From Lentisphaeria bacterium (GTDB taxonomy: Bacteria; Verrucomicrobiota; Lentisphaeria; JABSQK01; JAWLHB01): a DNA stretch of 64,000 nt. The translations under genes and the position numbers were made by a program. Below the pieces are notes generated by a model. It searched no databases. It was not told the DNA's origin and worked only from the letters and a program-made list of their open reading frames with translations. The DNA is taken from assembly GCA_041690595.1 (NCBI GenBank), contig JAWLHB010000005.1, forward strand, positions 1 to 64,000. The letters are read 5' to 3'. Within the stretch, counting starts at the first letter, position 1. Each line of letters opens with the position of its first letter. Shown one piece after another: positions 19,297 through 30,175 of this stretch.

Positions 19297-22036
19297 CTGG
19301 AAGAATCACCTCGTCTGTCCGCTCAATTCGCTCCGATATCGTCTGCCGAAACTTCTCATTGTCGCAGCAGTCCAGCGCTTCCTGCCAACACTCTCTGGCA
19401 TCCGAGATCTGACCAGACCGTTCCAGAATTCCTGCCTTGCAGTCAAGGTAGGCCGCTCTGTATTTGCGCTGTGTCATGTCCAGAGCAAGGTCAATGTCCT
19501 TGAGCGCAGATGAAAAGTCGCCAGTCAGAGCATACGCCTGGGCGCACCGATGACGGAAGAAGGCGTTCCTTGAGGCTTCGTCTATTCCATCCAGAATGCT
19601 GAGTGCCCGTTCTCCGTCTTCCCGGAGAATCCAGTACTCGCCTGCCATCGTGGCACAGAAAGCTCTGCTCGTATCAACCAGTTCGTAGTATGCTTCTGCT
19701 TGTTCTAGCCACTGTTTCGCCTTCGCTGCGTCCCCGCTTTCAAGTAGCGCCTTACCGATGTTCTTCATCGTCTCCGCGACGCCAAAAGCGGTCTTGGAAT
19801 CGAGAAGCCGTGGTGCTGGTAGAGCGAGCGTTCTGGCAACGTCTAAGAGTGCATCAGAATTGCTGTACCACAATGAACGGGAAACAGCCGCCAGAGTGGT
19901 GAAGGGTTGACCGTATCCCTCACACTGCGCCATGGCGATTGCCTCCAAAGACAACTGCAGAAGTGTCTCGACAGGCATGATCACCTTCATGTCCCGCAGG
20001 GTTCCCGCGACCTCGATGGCGGCCAAAACCACTGTGATGGCCACGGAATCTGGGTCGGAGCTGAACTGTTCTAGAATCACTCGCAGGTGCTCTGCCTGCT
20101 CAGCTCCCTCGGTCAGGCGTGACAACTGGAGGCGAGTGTGGGGAGCGGAAGGACAGATCTGCAGTGCCTTTTGAAGCGCCGTCCTGGCCTCCTCTTCTTG
20201 CCCCAATCGGCGGTGAGCTTTGCCTTGGTGGTGTAATAGGCTGTGCTTTGTCAGTTCGGGCAATTGGAGCCTGTCCAGCGCCGCCACCTGATCGACTGTT
20301 ACTCGGTCCAATTGGCCCTGATCATCTCCGCCCAGGTGAAGGTGTCGCCATACTTCCCGCGCCTCAAATATGCACTCAATCGCTGTTCGGTCAGCTCCAT
20401 AGTCTCCCAGGTCCGCTTGCGCCAGATCACGAACGACTGAGGTGTCTCTCTCGGGCAGATCAAGTAGCAAGTACAGATAATGCAGCAAGTCTGGCTGTGT
20501 GCGGTTCGCCTTTACAAGGCTTGCCACTCTTGTGGCGCTTGTGTGAAGCGCCCGCTGGAAATGGTAGTCAGCAACATCAAGTCGCTGCTGAAAGAAGCGC
20601 AAAAAGCGTTCACCAAGGCTATGCGCATCCGCCTCATGCGTCCATCTGCGCAAGCATAAAACAACAGTGTCGTGCAGCCGGAGCAAACCGAAACTGTCGT
20701 CCGTTACAAGGCTTCGTCTTCTGAGCTTCGCCAGTCCGTGTCTACCGAACATGCTGACAGCAAGTTCGCCATCCAACAACTTCGAGTCCATCCATTTCGC
20801 CGCCGCGAGCTCGTCTCTAACGCTGCCAGCATGGCTTTGGAAGAGTCGGTCGAGAATCATAGACTGCGTCTGCAGGTCCTCGTAAGCTGGCCAATTCGCA
20901 GAGTCGCTGGCGACCTCCTGCATGGGGGCATCTCCGTGGGCAACGAGTCCCCGGATGATTGCCATCAGGAGTGGATGCCCCCCAGCACGCTCTACAATGA
21001 CGTCGACTGCTTGTGAGTCCTCAGGTGTCAGATCGTTCAGCCCAAGTGTGAGAATCTCTTTTGCGCAAGTTGGATTGGTGTCGGTAAGCGGAAACCCATG
21101 AACGGTAGGCATAGGAGCCAATTGAGATGAGACAACGATCTGGCTGCCACGCTCGAAACCCGGCTGCAGCTCACCAAAGCGTGACCGATCAATGGCTTCA
21201 TCCCATCCATCGACGACAAGCAGTGTCCGTGTGTTGTTGAACTGGCCCGCAAGATTGAATGACATTCCTAGCCTGCTGACGGTTACAGAAGCAAAAGAAC
21301 CGGCTGTCTCTGGGATGTCATCTCCGCTAAGCCAGACGACGTTTTCAAAGCCATCCAGTTTCTGAAGTGCTGAGCGTAGTAGGTACGATTTGCCGATGCC
21401 GCTAATGCCATAGACCACGACAACCGACTCGCTCTGCACGGCGCGAAGAAAGCTGTTCTCGCGGTCTGCGTCAATGACATAGTCTGATGGAGGCGAAGGC
21501 CGGTTATAGGCAAAACTATAGTCCCGCCACACTGCCGCCAGCGATGGAAGCAAATAAGCGAATCCCTCATACAACGTTGTCTTGGCAATGACTTGATCAT
21601 AGATCAATCGTGCAACACGCAAAAGGTCATATACCTCGATCTGGATCGTTCGTGGCTTGCATGCCTCTTCGGCTGCATGGATGGCGGCTTCCCAACGCGA
21701 ATTCGGGCATCCCTCATTGCTAAGCAGATACAGACGCTGCATAGCGGCGACCTGAGAGCAAGCGTGCTTGGCATCGTTCTCAATCTTGGTAAAAGGTGTG
21801 CTGAAGTAGCCGCCTTCTGTGGAGTATTCTGCAACGACTTGGCGCTCCCCATCAAAGGTGTCCACTGTGTACCCAACTGGCTGGGCGTTGGAGTTCAGCC
21901 CTCGATGAAGTAGAGGTCTGCCCTCGATAGCACTTACCAGCATATGTCCGACAATCTCAAACTCGGTCGCGTTGAGACTGGCAAGATCTCCGGCCAGCTT
22001 CTGAACAGCTACTCTCCTAAGGCGTTCGTTTGTCAT
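19289..22036 (-). CDS. STAND (NB-ARC-like) NTPase with N-terminal restriction-endonuclease-like domain and C-terminal TPRs (Avs/NLR-like)
   Basis: Walker A GISGIGKS, Walker B LLVVDGWD, GxP motif GGHPL, LHD motif, several TPR-like repeats; N-terminal FE..G / TVD / EYS Mrr-like pattern. Confidence 0.75.
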   Translation of the reverse strand: MTNERLRRVAVQKLAGDLASLNATEFEIVGHMLVSAIEGRPLLHRGLNSNAQPVGYTVDTFDGERQVVAEYSTEGGYFSTPFTKIENDAKHACSQVAAMQRLYLLSNEGCPNSRWEAAIHAAEEACKPRTIQIEVYDLLRVARLIYDQVIAKTTLYEGFAYLLPSLAAVWRDYSFAYNRPSPPSDYVIDADRENSFLRAVQSESVVVVYGISGIGKSYLLRSALQKLDGFENVVWLSGDDIPETAGSFASVTVSRLGMSFNLAGQFNNTRTLLVVDGWDEAIDRSRFGELQPGFERGSQIVVSSQLAPMPTVHGFPLTDTNPTCAKEILTLGLNDLTPEDSQAVDVIVERAGGHPLLMAIIRGLVAHGDAPMQEVASDSANWPAYEDLQTQSMILDRLFQSHAGSVRDELAAAKWMDSKLLDGELAVSMFGRHGLAKLRRRSLVTDDSFGLLRLHDTVVLCLRRWTHEADAHSLGERFLRFFQQRLDVADYHFQRALHTSATRVASLVKANRTQPDLLHYLYLLLDLPERDTSVVRDLAQADLGDYGADRTAIECIFEAREVWRHLHLGGDDQGQLDRVTVDQVAALDRLQLPELTKHSLLHHQGKAHRRLGQEEEARTALQKALQICPSAPHTRLQLSRLTEGAEQAEHLRVILEQFSSDPDSVAITVVLAAIEVAGTLRDMKVIMPVETLLQLSLEAIAMAQCEGYGQPFTTLAAVSRSLWYSNSDALLDVARTLALPAPRLLDSKTAFGVAETMKNIGKALLESGDAAKAKQWLEQAEAYYELVDTSRAFCATMAGEYWILREDGERALSILDGIDEASRNAFFRHRCAQAYALTGDFSSALKDIDLALDMTQRKYRAAYLDCKAGILERSGQISDARECWQEALDCCDNEKFRQTISERIERTDEVILPDG

Positions 22037-22095
22037 TCAGAACTCCCATAACTACCATGTCGCCAAGGTCTGCCCTAGTTCAATTCTCGGCGGCT

Positions 22096-24075
22096 TCACT
22101 CCTCACCGCCTATCCCATCCCACGCCACCGGGACCAGCTTCGTACCTTCCCGCCAGCGTTCTACGACGCAGTCCTGGAACCACTGCTGGTTGATGTTCGC
22201 GTGGTCGGTCACGATGATCTGAAACTGGCCGCCCAGCATCTGGACAACGTCGTATGCCAGCTGGTACATGCGCTCCACCTTCTGCCTGTCCTCACCGATT
22301 CCAGGCGTGCCATTCTCCTGGCGCTGCCAGTCCTCGTCCTCCGGGAAATAGACCTGTGAAGGCTGATCGATGAAGATGAAGCGTGGCACGGGACGATTGC
22401 GGTTCACGAACCATCGGTGCAGGGCAAAGTGAGTGATGAGATGGTAGCCGACCCAGTTCTCGCCGCTCCCCATCTGATCCATCGGGATCGGATGCCCATC
22501 GACTCCATCCGCGACCACGGTCAGCCGCCGAAGGTCGAGGCGAAGCGGCAATTCAGAGTGCTCGAGCTGGAGTATCGCTGCCCAGGCATTCATGTCCCGG
22601 GCGATGTATGAGAGTGCCGACTGTACGCGTTCCTCGACTGTGTCGTCATTCAGTTCGTCCTCGAGCGTGTTCACTTGCGCCTGCAGGTCGGCAACTTGTC
22701 GCTGCAACTCGCTGCTATCTTCGAGCTGTGGAACACTCTCCAGGTAGAGGCTGACCCGGCCCATTATGTGTGCGCGTCGGGCGTTCTGGTCTCTATACTC
22801 CTGCAACCTGGCGTTTTCCCGCTGGATCGCCTCGAGTCGTTCCTTGTTGTCCCGAAGGCGCGACTTGATTTCGGCTTCCTTCTCCTCCAAGCCGGTAACG
22901 ACGGCCTGCATCTGGGGTGCGCGGTCTTCGACATGCCGGACCTGGGCTTCGAGTTGAGCAAGTGAGTTCTGAACGTCTTGTACTGAGGGAGCCACGTCCT
23001 CTGCTGGCAAGACCCGCTGGCACAGTGGGCAGGCGGTATGCCTGTTCGAATCCTCGTGTTGAGCGTCAAACAACTCAATACTCTTCAAGCGAAGAACCTG
23101 GGCGTGAGCTTCATGAGAGAAACCTCGACGATCCGTTGCCAGGGCACGGGCGGCCTCGAGCTGGTCCCGCGTTACCCGCAATTCCTGCGTCAACTCATCC
23201 CGCTCTGCCTGTAATCTGCGGAACTCGTCGCCCTCGACGGCTGCCTGCTCCTCGTCGGGAACGGCGACTGCCTGGCTCAGATCGCGGAGGGCCTGCAGGC
23301 AGGCGTCCCAGGCCTCCGGCATCGGTAGTCCGGCACGCAGCCCCAAGTCGGTGGCTTCGGAAAGCAGGCCCTGCGCAACGGTGACGCCTTCGCCCCTGAC
23401 TGCATTGTACTCCGCGAGTTTGCGCTCGACTCGCCGTAATTCCCGGCGGAGCCGTCGCAACTCCGCCATTCGGGTGACGTAGTCATCGTCAACAGCTCCC
23501 AGAAAATACGGGATGGTGTCCTTGATAGCTTGAGGCAACCACTGGTCGCTCTGCTTGTGAAAGAGGTGACGATTACTGTCAATTTCGGTCTGGTGCTGGA
23601 AGCAGTAGATCAGGGCATGGGCAATACCGGCCTGCAGCGGTTGTCGCGTTTGTCCCGGCGGTGGGTCATGACGATTCTGGCCGATGCCTGCGTGCGCGGC
23701 GAGCAGTCCTTCGAGAGCATTAGGGTTAGTTGTCTGCATGAGCTGATCGGCCCGTGGCAGGGGGACCTGCTGCCCGACAACGTAGTGGACGTCTGTTGAT
23801 GAGTTGCGCCCCGAGTCTGGCAGCCTCCTGGCAATAAACGCTTCCCCAGCGGGGACGGCCAATCGTACTCCTGCCCAAGCGACGGCTCGACGCATGATCC
23901 CAGCGGGTATGTGGCATTCCGTTGAACCGAAACAGTACTCAAGCACGGATATCAGCGCCGTCTTCCCGGTCTTGGAGGAACCCGTGATGATGTTAAGCCG
24001 TCCGGGCGCGAATTCGAGCCGCCGCATTTCACCATTGTGTGAGTAGAGGACAATATCCTTGATCTGAAAACTCAT
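22096..24075 (-). CDS. lmuB: Lamassu/ABC-three-component SMC-like ATPase (DUF3732)
   Basis: Walker [11 protein letters not shown], coiled coil with CPLC hook, MGSGENW and [13 protein letters not shown] at 24075 overlaps the upstream stop. Confidence 0.88.
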   Translation of the reverse strand: MSFQIKDIVLYSHNGEMRRLEFAPGRLNIITGSSKTGKTALISVLEYCFGSTECHIPAGIMRRAVAWAGVRLAVPAGEAFIARRLPDSGRNSSTDVHYVVGQQVPLPRADQLMQTTNPNALEGLLAAHAGIGQNRHDPPPGQTRQPLQAGIAHALIYCFQHQTEIDSNRHLFHKQSDQWLPQAIKDTIPYFLGAVDDDYVTRMAELRRLRRELRRVERKLAEYNAVRGEGVTVAQGLLSEATDLGLRAGLPMPEAWDACLQALRDLSQAVAVPDEEQAAVEGDEFRRLQAERDELTQELRVTRDQLEAARALATDRRGFSHEAHAQVLRLKSIELFDAQHEDSNRHTACPLCQRVLPAEDVAPSVQDVQNSLAQLEAQVRHVEDRAPQMQAVVTGLEEKEAEIKSRLRDNKERLEAIQRENARLQEYRDQNARRAHIMGRVSLYLESVPQLEDSSELQRQVADLQAQVNTLEDELNDDTVEERVQSALSYIARDMNAWAAILQLEHSELPLRLDLRRLTVVADGVDGHPIPMDQMGSGENWVGYHLITHFALHRWFVNRNRPVPRFIFIDQPSQVYFPEDEDWQRQENGTPGIGEDRQKVERMYQLAYDVVQMLGGQFQIIVTDHANINQQWFQDCVVERWREGTKLVPVAWDGIGGEE

Positions 24076-24569
24076 GGGCGAATCCCCCAAAGTGCCATTA
24101 ATGTCTCTGTCGATGCGCTCGTGCCGAACCACTTCCCCAGGAAGCGCGCACGAGACACGCATTCCTGCGCATCGCCGTCGAGCGACCGGATGGCCCGATT
24201 GATCTGGTTCCCGGTGACCACGCACCGAATGAGGCCCGAGTCTCCCATAGCCATCCAATCGAAGACGAGGCCATAACGCAACGCCTCTCGGGTGTGAGGC
24301 TTGAGGGCCATGAGGCGCTCGTGGAAACCAACTCTTACTTCGGCATGGTCCTGCAACCAGGCCGGAACGGAAGTCCGGGTGTTGCGAGGCAGGGATTCCC
24401 GAGTGTGTTTATGCAAGACGATTGGCAAGACCATGAAAGCCACGGCAAACGGTAGCGGCTGGTCGTTTGGCTCGCTGAAACCGGCGCAGGCTGAGCTCAG
24501 TGTCACACAGCAGAATGGCGGATTCAGAAGGTGGGCTTCTTCTCGCGTTCGTTCGGGCCACGGCTTCAT
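24072..24569 (-). CDS. lmuC: Lamassu/ABC-3C middle component
   Basis: [16 protein letters not shown]...R..LP, LGKWF, terminal LWGIRP; sits between the effector and the ATPase. Confidence 0.82.
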   Translation of the reverse strand: MKPWPERTREEAHLLNPPFCCVTLSSACAGFSEPNDQPLPFAVAFMVLPIVLHKHTRESLPRNTRTSVPAWLQDHAEVRVGFHERLMALKPHTREALRYGLVFDWMAMGDSGLIRCVVTGNQINRAIRSLDGDAQECVSRARFLGKWFGTSASTETLMALWGIRP

Positions 24570-25771
24570 GAGCTTGCCTCCGCGTTTGAGAGGAGTTCCT
24601 GAAGTCGTTCGCGGAAGTCGAGATGCCACCCCACCCGCAGGTCATCCGCCAGCATCTGGTAGGTACCACGCGCTATCGCAGGTTCCGTAACGCCGCGCCG
24701 AATGGGCTTGTGCGCGCCTGTTTCAACCCACTTGTAGAGAATTTGGGCTGCACGAGTCATCTCATCTTCCGCGGCGGTGTCGCCAAGGTCGTCACGCATC
24801 TGCTGGAAGAGCAGATCCCACTCCTCGATCAACCGCTCTTCATAGCGGTCGAGCTCACCAACGTACAGGAGATCCTCGCGCATCCAGCGGGAACGGTGCT
24901 CTCGGGCTCGATAGTAGTTTCGGATGGCGTGAAGCACTCGGTTCGGGTTCACCCCTATGATATTCAATTGCTCCACGAAAGGCCTGTCCATATAGCCGCT
25001 GGCATCGACTGTCGCCCGCATAATGTCATCATCAACGGGAAGGCTTTCGTCGCTGAGCTGAGCACGAATCCGATTCGCCTCGGACTCAAGCTCCTCGCCC
25101 AGAATGGGAGCGGCAGAGCCGTCAGTCAAGTGGCGCAGAACCCGCCCGTACCACCACCCCTCCAGCCGCTGAAGATAGGAATCCAAGAAGCGTCGCTCGA
25201 CGGCAAAGAACACCGCTTGCCGAAGTCGATCATCCAGTTGTCCGATGGATGGCGAACCATCCAGAACCAACACTGCCTTCGCAAGACGCAGTCGCCCACT
25301 ATCGTCAAGCGACGAGAAGGCTCGGTACGCCGGGGCATTCGTGTCGCTGGTTGAGGTCGAGGCCGTGGCCGCGAGGCGTTCAAGCGCCTTCTTTTCGTCT
25401 CTGCCCTCAGGACGGAGATAGGCCGCTGCTGTGCCGTCTGGACAAGCCGCCGTAGTCACCATGAAGAACTGCGCATCCCTGGGAATCGTCCCGTCGGCTT
25501 GACCTTCAATCCAGATCCGGAGCGTCTTCCACAGGTCCGGGGATGCATCCGTGAGACTGGCTTCAGCATTGATGTGGTGCTTTGTCTGCAGAACGTCCAC
25601 GGCCGAGCCGTCTGTCTCGAACACCACGTCGTCAAGGGTCTCGATGCCGACGCAGATCCGTTCTCCCTCGGGAAGGCGACGCAATATCTCAAGCAATGCA
25701 TATCGGCACTGGTAGAAGTAGCCCAGTGCCGCTGGTGCCGCCGAATACTGACCCCGTTCTCCAGTACTCAC
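24566..25771 (-). CDS. lmuA: Lamassu effector with Cap4-like PD-(D/E)xK nuclease and ABC-3C C-terminal domain
   Basis: SA...ALGY.YQ..YAL, ETLDDV, QTKHH, DLWKTL..W; C-terminal RGTYQMLAD..VGWH. Confidence 0.82.
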   Translation of the reverse strand: MSTGERGQYSAAPAALGYFYQCRYALLEILRRLPEGERICVGIETLDDVVFETDGSAVDVLQTKHHINAEASLTDASPDLWKTLRIWIEGQADGTIPRDAQFFMVTTAACPDGTAAAYLRPEGRDEKKALERLAATASTSTSDTNAPAYRAFSSLDDSGRLRLAKAVLVLDGSPSIGQLDDRLRQAVFFAVERRFLDSYLQRLEGWWYGRVLRHLTDGSAAPILGEELESEANRIRAQLSDESLPVDDDIMRATVDASGYMDRPFVEQLNIIGVNPNRVLHAIRNYYRAREHRSRWMREDLLYVGELDRYEERLIEEWDLLFQQMRDDLGDTAAEDEMTRAAQILYKWVETGAHKPIRRGVTEPAIARGTYQMLADDLRVGWHLDFRERLQELLSNAEASS

Positions 25772-25956
25772 GATGCCGCCTCTTCATAGGTTACGCCGAA
25801 GATCGTGTCCGCCAGCCATTTCTTGAAGTCCGGGTTGTCGCTGAACTGCTTGAACAGCTCCGTGTGGTCGGAGAGCATGCCGATTACCGCTTTCCCCATT
25901 GCCCGGTCGTGCTCCATCATGCTCCTGTTGGGAATTGTCGGTCGGGTCTTTTTCAT
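25768..25956 (-). pseudogene. 62-aa mini-ORF matching the extreme C-terminus of a different type I HsdR
   Basis: EHDRAMGKAVIGMLSDHTELFKQFSDNPDFKKWLADTIFGVTY resembles a common HsdR C-terminal tail; coupled by 4-nt overlaps to both neighbours. Confidence 0.65.
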
Positions 25957-26684
25957 GTTCCCTCCCTGCCGTCTCGCTCCTCGACCTCGAATGCGACATA
26001 GCAGTGCCACTCGCGCTCCAACTCGGCTTCGCGGCTCTTGCAGTCGGGCATGGCCTCCTCCAAAATCTGCCAGAACCGTTGCGAGTGATTCCGCTCAAGG
26101 CGATGACCCAGCTCGTGAGCAACGATGTAGTCAATGAGGTGAACGGGGAGTTGAAGCACCCGCCAGTTGAAATGCAGGGAGCCGCTCTTGCCGCATGATC
26201 CCCAGCGAAAACCAAGATCCCGAACGTCAACGACGGCATTGCCCCCACCGATTTTCGGAAGAAGAGCCGGAACTCTCTCCGCAAGCCATTCACGCCCGGC
26301 TTGGATGAACCACTTCCGGAAGAGGGCTGTAGCCCCCGGCTGATCCGCACGTCGCAGCGTGAACCACTCTCCATCGAATTGAAGAGGCTGGTCTTGGTCG
26401 CCCACGAGCTTCAGACGATAGCTCTGGCCGAGATAGAAGATGCTCTCGCCGGTCACGAACTCCAGGGGGCGTCGCCGGGGGCGAAGATCCTCCTTCTCGG
26501 CCAGCTTCCTGTGAACCCAGAGCAGTTTCTTGCCAATCCATTTTCGCAGCTGCTGATCGTCGGTCGCCTCGGGCGCGTGGACTACCAGTTCTCCGGCACG
26601 ATCCACAGTCAGGCCGAATGTCTTGCGACGTGCGCTGCGGCGAACTTCGAAATCCAGGTCTGCAATGTGCAGTATCTCAGTCAT
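25953..26684 (-). CDS. M48/YgjP-like (DUF45) zinc metallopeptidase associated with type I R-M
   Basis: RWGSC, FNWR, DYIVAHELGH...NHSQRFW; directly after hsdR. Confidence 0.9.
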   Translation of the reverse strand: MTEILHIADLDFEVRRSARRKTFGLTVDRAGELVVHAPEATDDQQLRKWIGKKLLWVHRKLAEKEDLRPRRRPLEFVTGESIFYLGQSYRLKLVGDQDQPLQFDGEWFTLRRADQPGATALFRKWFIQAGREWLAERVPALLPKIGGGNAVVDVRDLGFRWGSCGKSGSLHFNWRVLQLPVHLIDYIVAHELGHRLERNHSQRFWQILEEAMPDCKSREAELEREWHCYVAFEVEERDGREGT

Positions 26685-29600
26685 TCCCGTACCAGGCTCT
26701 CGTGGTTTTCTTTCGCCAAAGCGACCAATCTCTGTGCAAGATCCCGCTCTTTCCCCGGAGGGCAGATCCCGGATGCGTCAAGGTCACGCACAAGCTGCCG
26801 AGTCAGGAGTTCCCTCATGGGCGTATTTTTCCAGAAGCCGACCTTCCGTACTTCCTGCCGGACTCGTTCGACCATCTCAAGTGTGGTGCCAATGACCGCC
26901 TTGCGGCGCTTTTCGTCCTCTGCACCGTCAGCCAAGCAGACCTCAAGGACCAAGCGCACGAATGGAACCTGAACCCTTGGGTCGAGCCCCGGGAAATCGG
27001 CGGTGTCACCACGTCTCAGTTCGTCAATGAACTTCCGAAGTTCACGCTCAAGTGCATCCCAATCGTCCTTGAAGCGCTGAAGGATCTCTTCCAGTTTCTC
27101 GCTCATTTTGCGGGCGAATGCCGGGTTATGATTCGCGAAACCGATGATGTGGTAGCGGGCCGCGTGCTGCATCTGCGCCGCACGCGCTCGACTGCTATTC
27201 TGGGCCTGAAGGACGCGCTCGAATTCTGCATCTGTGATCGTCGTCGGCGGGATTTTCGGATCGACGCCCCTGGCTGAAATGTGCGCATCGATCAGGGCTT
27301 TGACTTTCTCAGCGACCCCCAGCAAGTTGAGCGCCGGATCACGGTAGAGGTTCGCAGCCACCTTGTTGATGAAGCCCAGCAACTTGGCGTCGCGGAACAC
27401 ATCAACGGGCACCTCCGGCCGGTGTTCGAGGATGTTCAGAGTCTCGTAGAACATCCTCAACTTGTTGATGAACTCCGCGCGCGTCTTGAGGTCGGCCAAA
27501 AGGTCCACGCATTCCTGGACTTCGCTGAACAGGTCGGTCACACCTCGGTCTGTGAATACTGCCACAGCTCGGTCCCGCCTGGCTAGGAGTTTGGGCAACT
27601 CCACGCTGATATCGATCAACGCGCCCTCCGTGTCTTCGCCGTCGTAGTCCTCAAGCGCCTTGTTCAGGTGCCTGGCAACCCCGATGTAATCCACCACATA
27701 GCCACATTTCTTGCCCGCGCCGGTACGGTTGACGCGCGCGATGGCCTGCAACAGATCGTGTGCGACGATCTTCCGATCCAGATACATCACCTGTTCGACC
27801 GGAGCATCGAAGCCGGTGATGAGCATGTTGTTCACGACGAGAATGCAGAGCGGGTCGGTCTTTTCTGTTCGCGCCGCCGCTAACCTCCGCTTGAACCTTG
27901 CCGTGAATTGCTTCTGTTTCTCTTTGTCCGTCCAGTCCCACCAGGATTCGGGATCATTGTGGTCACCCGAGATGACCACCGCCACATCCATGGCTGTGAG
28001 CGTCGGCAGCAGAGGGTGTGTCCGCACCAGAAACTGCGTCTCTGCGTCAAGACGCGACAGTTCATCATCGTCCATCGTGAGCGTTGCGCCCGGCAGTGCT
28101 TCCAGTTGACCGACCAGGATGTCCCGGGCCTCCAGGAGCTTGTCCCGATAGACCACCGCTGCCCGACGGCTGGTGGCGACGACCTGTGCTTTGAAGCCCT
28201 CCGGCATCACCACGCCGACGTAATGGCGCAGCATGTCTTCCGCCTTCCTGGCAATCAGCATGGGAGCTTCCAGAACATCCCCTTCTGTACCGTACTTCGC
28301 CTTGATAACGGCCAACTCGTCTGCCGTGTAGTCTCGGAACATATCTTCGAAGAGCTGATCCAGGCTGTCGGCATCCTTGACCATTCCATCGGCTGTTCGC
28401 CCTTCGTATAGAATTGGGACCGTCGCTCCGTCCAACTCGGCATCTTGCAGCAGGTACTTGTCGATGAAATCGCCGAAAATCTCCCTCGTCTCGGTTTTGT
28501 CCTTGCTGAGGATGGGCGTGCCAGTGAAACCAATGATGGCGGCGTTCGGCAGAGCCCGGCGCAGATTACGGTGGAGACTGCGGGTATGGGAACGGTGTGC
28601 TTCATCGACGAGCACCAGGATCTCCTCGCTCTCGTTCAAGACGGGGAACTCCTCGAACCGAATTGTCTCCTCGAATGTCACCTCGCGTTCTACGACAGGC
28701 TCCTCGCGTCCAGGGCGTTTCTCTTTGCGTACGATGGTCATGGCGACGCGGTCGTCACTCGAGAGCTGTCGGTTGCGGTCCTGGTACTTCTGAAGCATAG
28801 CGAAGACGATATCGGGCGTCGGTTCGCTGAGTATTCTCTGCGTGAGGGCCGTCGGGGATTCCCTCCCGCCGCGTTCCCGATCCGTTGGGCGCACGGCTTC
28901 GCCGCTGAGAGCAGCGGTCTCGCGAAGCTGTCCCTCCAAGTCCGTACGGTCTGTAACCGCTACTACTTTGAAGCGTTTTAGACGCTCCAGCGTCCGCATC
29001 TTGCGCACCAGAAACACCATACTGAGGCTCTTGCCCGAGCCTTGGGTATGCCAGATGATGCCGCCCCGCTCGTCGCGCTCAGCTCCTTGCAGTTTCGTGC
29101 GACCCTCCTGAAGCTGCTTCACGGCCCTATGGACGGCCCGGAATTGCTGGTAGCGGGCCACGACCTTACGCGTTTTTCCATCAACCTGCCGGAAGGTCGA
29201 GAAGCTACGGACGATGTCCAACAGATGCTCCGGTCGCAGCATCCCGGCGACCAGCACCTGCTGGCTGGCAAGCTGCGAGGCCCCATCGCCTCGGAGTGAC
29301 TCAGGTCGCTTGCCAGGCTCTCGGAAGAAAATCGGTGTACCGGCACGCCCTGTCTCCTCCGGGCCGATGGCAGCAAGGGCATCTGCCGCTTCTGGTTCTG
29401 CTGTAGGCCGCTCAAGCAGGCCGAGTTCACCTGCCACGGTGCTCATGGCGACAGGTGAGGTGTCCGCCCATTCCAGGTAGACCTCTGGCGGTGCCCCGAT
29501 TGTCCCAACCCGGGCTTCGAAGAAATCGCTGGCGATCAGCAGTTGGTTGGTGTGGAATAGGCGTTCGACTCCTTCGTTGTCTTGATAGAGCGTCGGCCAC

Positions 29601-30175
29601 ACTTCGCGGCGTTGGTTTGAGTAGCGTAGAAGCTGATTTATGGCCTGACTGAGAGGATTCTCGATTGCCGGGCTCTTGAACTCGGCCACGACGAGGGGGA
29701 TGCCATTGATGAAGCATACGGCATCGGGAATCACGTGCCCGCGCCCGCTGGTCAGCTCGACCTTGAACTGGTTGATGACAAGGAAGTCGTTGGTCCCCGT
29801 CTTTTCCCAGTCGATGTAGCGTACGGGCTGAGGACGGCCATGGTCCCAATCAGGCAGGCCATCGACGACCGTTCCCTTCAAGAGGAGGCGTGTGGCCCCC
29901 TGGTTGATCTCCATCAGCCTGTGTCCGGCCGCCTGTTCCAGATCACGGATGGCCTTGGCGATACGAACATCGTCCAACCACGGCTTGCCATCCCGCAGGT
30001 TGATGCGCCTAAGTGCCTCTGCCAGTCGGGAGCGGAGCAGAACGTCCCGCGAGGTCGCGCGCTCTGTCGTCTCAGGCAGGTCGGGATCACCCTCGATCCA
30101 CTGCCAGCCCATGGTTTCCAGTTGTTGGCAGAACGGCTTCTCAACGACCTCGTATTCCCATTGGACGGCACTCAT
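26681..30175 (-). CDS. hsdR: Type I restriction endonuclease subunit R
   Basis: PD...NGIPLVVAEFK nuclease, WHTQGSGKS, DEAHRS, FTGTP, ITGFDAP, QAIARVNR. Confidence 0.96.
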   Translation of the reverse strand: MSAVQWEYEVVEKPFCQQLETMGWQWIEGDPDLPETTERATSRDVLLRSRLAEALRRINLRDGKPWLDDVRIAKAIRDLEQAAGHRLMEINQGATRLLLKGTVVDGLPDWDHGRPQPVRYIDWEKTGTNDFLVINQFKVELTSGRGHVIPDAVCFINGIPLVVAEFKSPAIENPLSQAINQLLRYSNQRREVWPTLYQDNEGVERLFHTNQLLIASDFFEARVGTIGAPPEVYLEWADTSPVAMSTVAGELGLLERPTAEPEAADALAAIGPEETGRAGTPIFFREPGKRPESLRGDGASQLASQQVLVAGMLRPEHLLDIVRSFSTFRQVDGKTRKVVARYQQFRAVHRAVKQLQEGRTKLQGAERDERGGIIWHTQGSGKSLSMVFLVRKMRTLERLKRFKVVAVTDRTDLEGQLRETAALSGEAVRPTDRERGGRESPTALTQRILSEPTPDIVFAMLQKYQDRNRQLSSDDRVAMTIVRKEKRPGREEPVVEREVTFEETIRFEEFPVLNESEEILVLVDEAHRSHTRSLHRNLRRALPNAAIIGFTGTPILSKDKTETREIFGDFIDKYLLQDAELDGATVPILYEGRTADGMVKDADSLDQLFEDMFRDYTADELAVIKAKYGTEGDVLEAPMLIARKAEDMLRHYVGVVMPEGFKAQVVATSRRAAVVYRDKLLEARDILVGQLEALPGATLTMDDDELSRLDAETQFLVRTHPLLPTLTAMDVAVVISGDHNDPESWWDWTDKEKQKQFTARFKRRLAAARTEKTDPLCILVVNNMLITGFDAPVEQVMYLDRKIVAHDLLQAIARVNRTGAGKKCGYVVDYIGVARHLNKALEDYDGEDTEGALIDISVELPKLLARRDRAVAVFTDRGVTDLFSEVQECVDLLADLKTRAEFINKLRMFYETLNILEHRPEVPVDVFRDAKLLGFINKVAANLYRDPALNLLGVAEKVKALIDAHISARGVDPKIPPTTITDAEFERVLQAQNSSRARAAQMQHAARYHIIGFANHNPAFARKMSEKLEEILQRFKDDWDALERELRKFIDELRRGDTADFPGLDPRVQVPFVRLVLEVCLADGAEDEKRRKAVIGTTLEMVERVRQEVRKVGFWKNTPMRELLTRQLVRDLDASGICPPGKERDLAQRLVALAKENHESLVRE

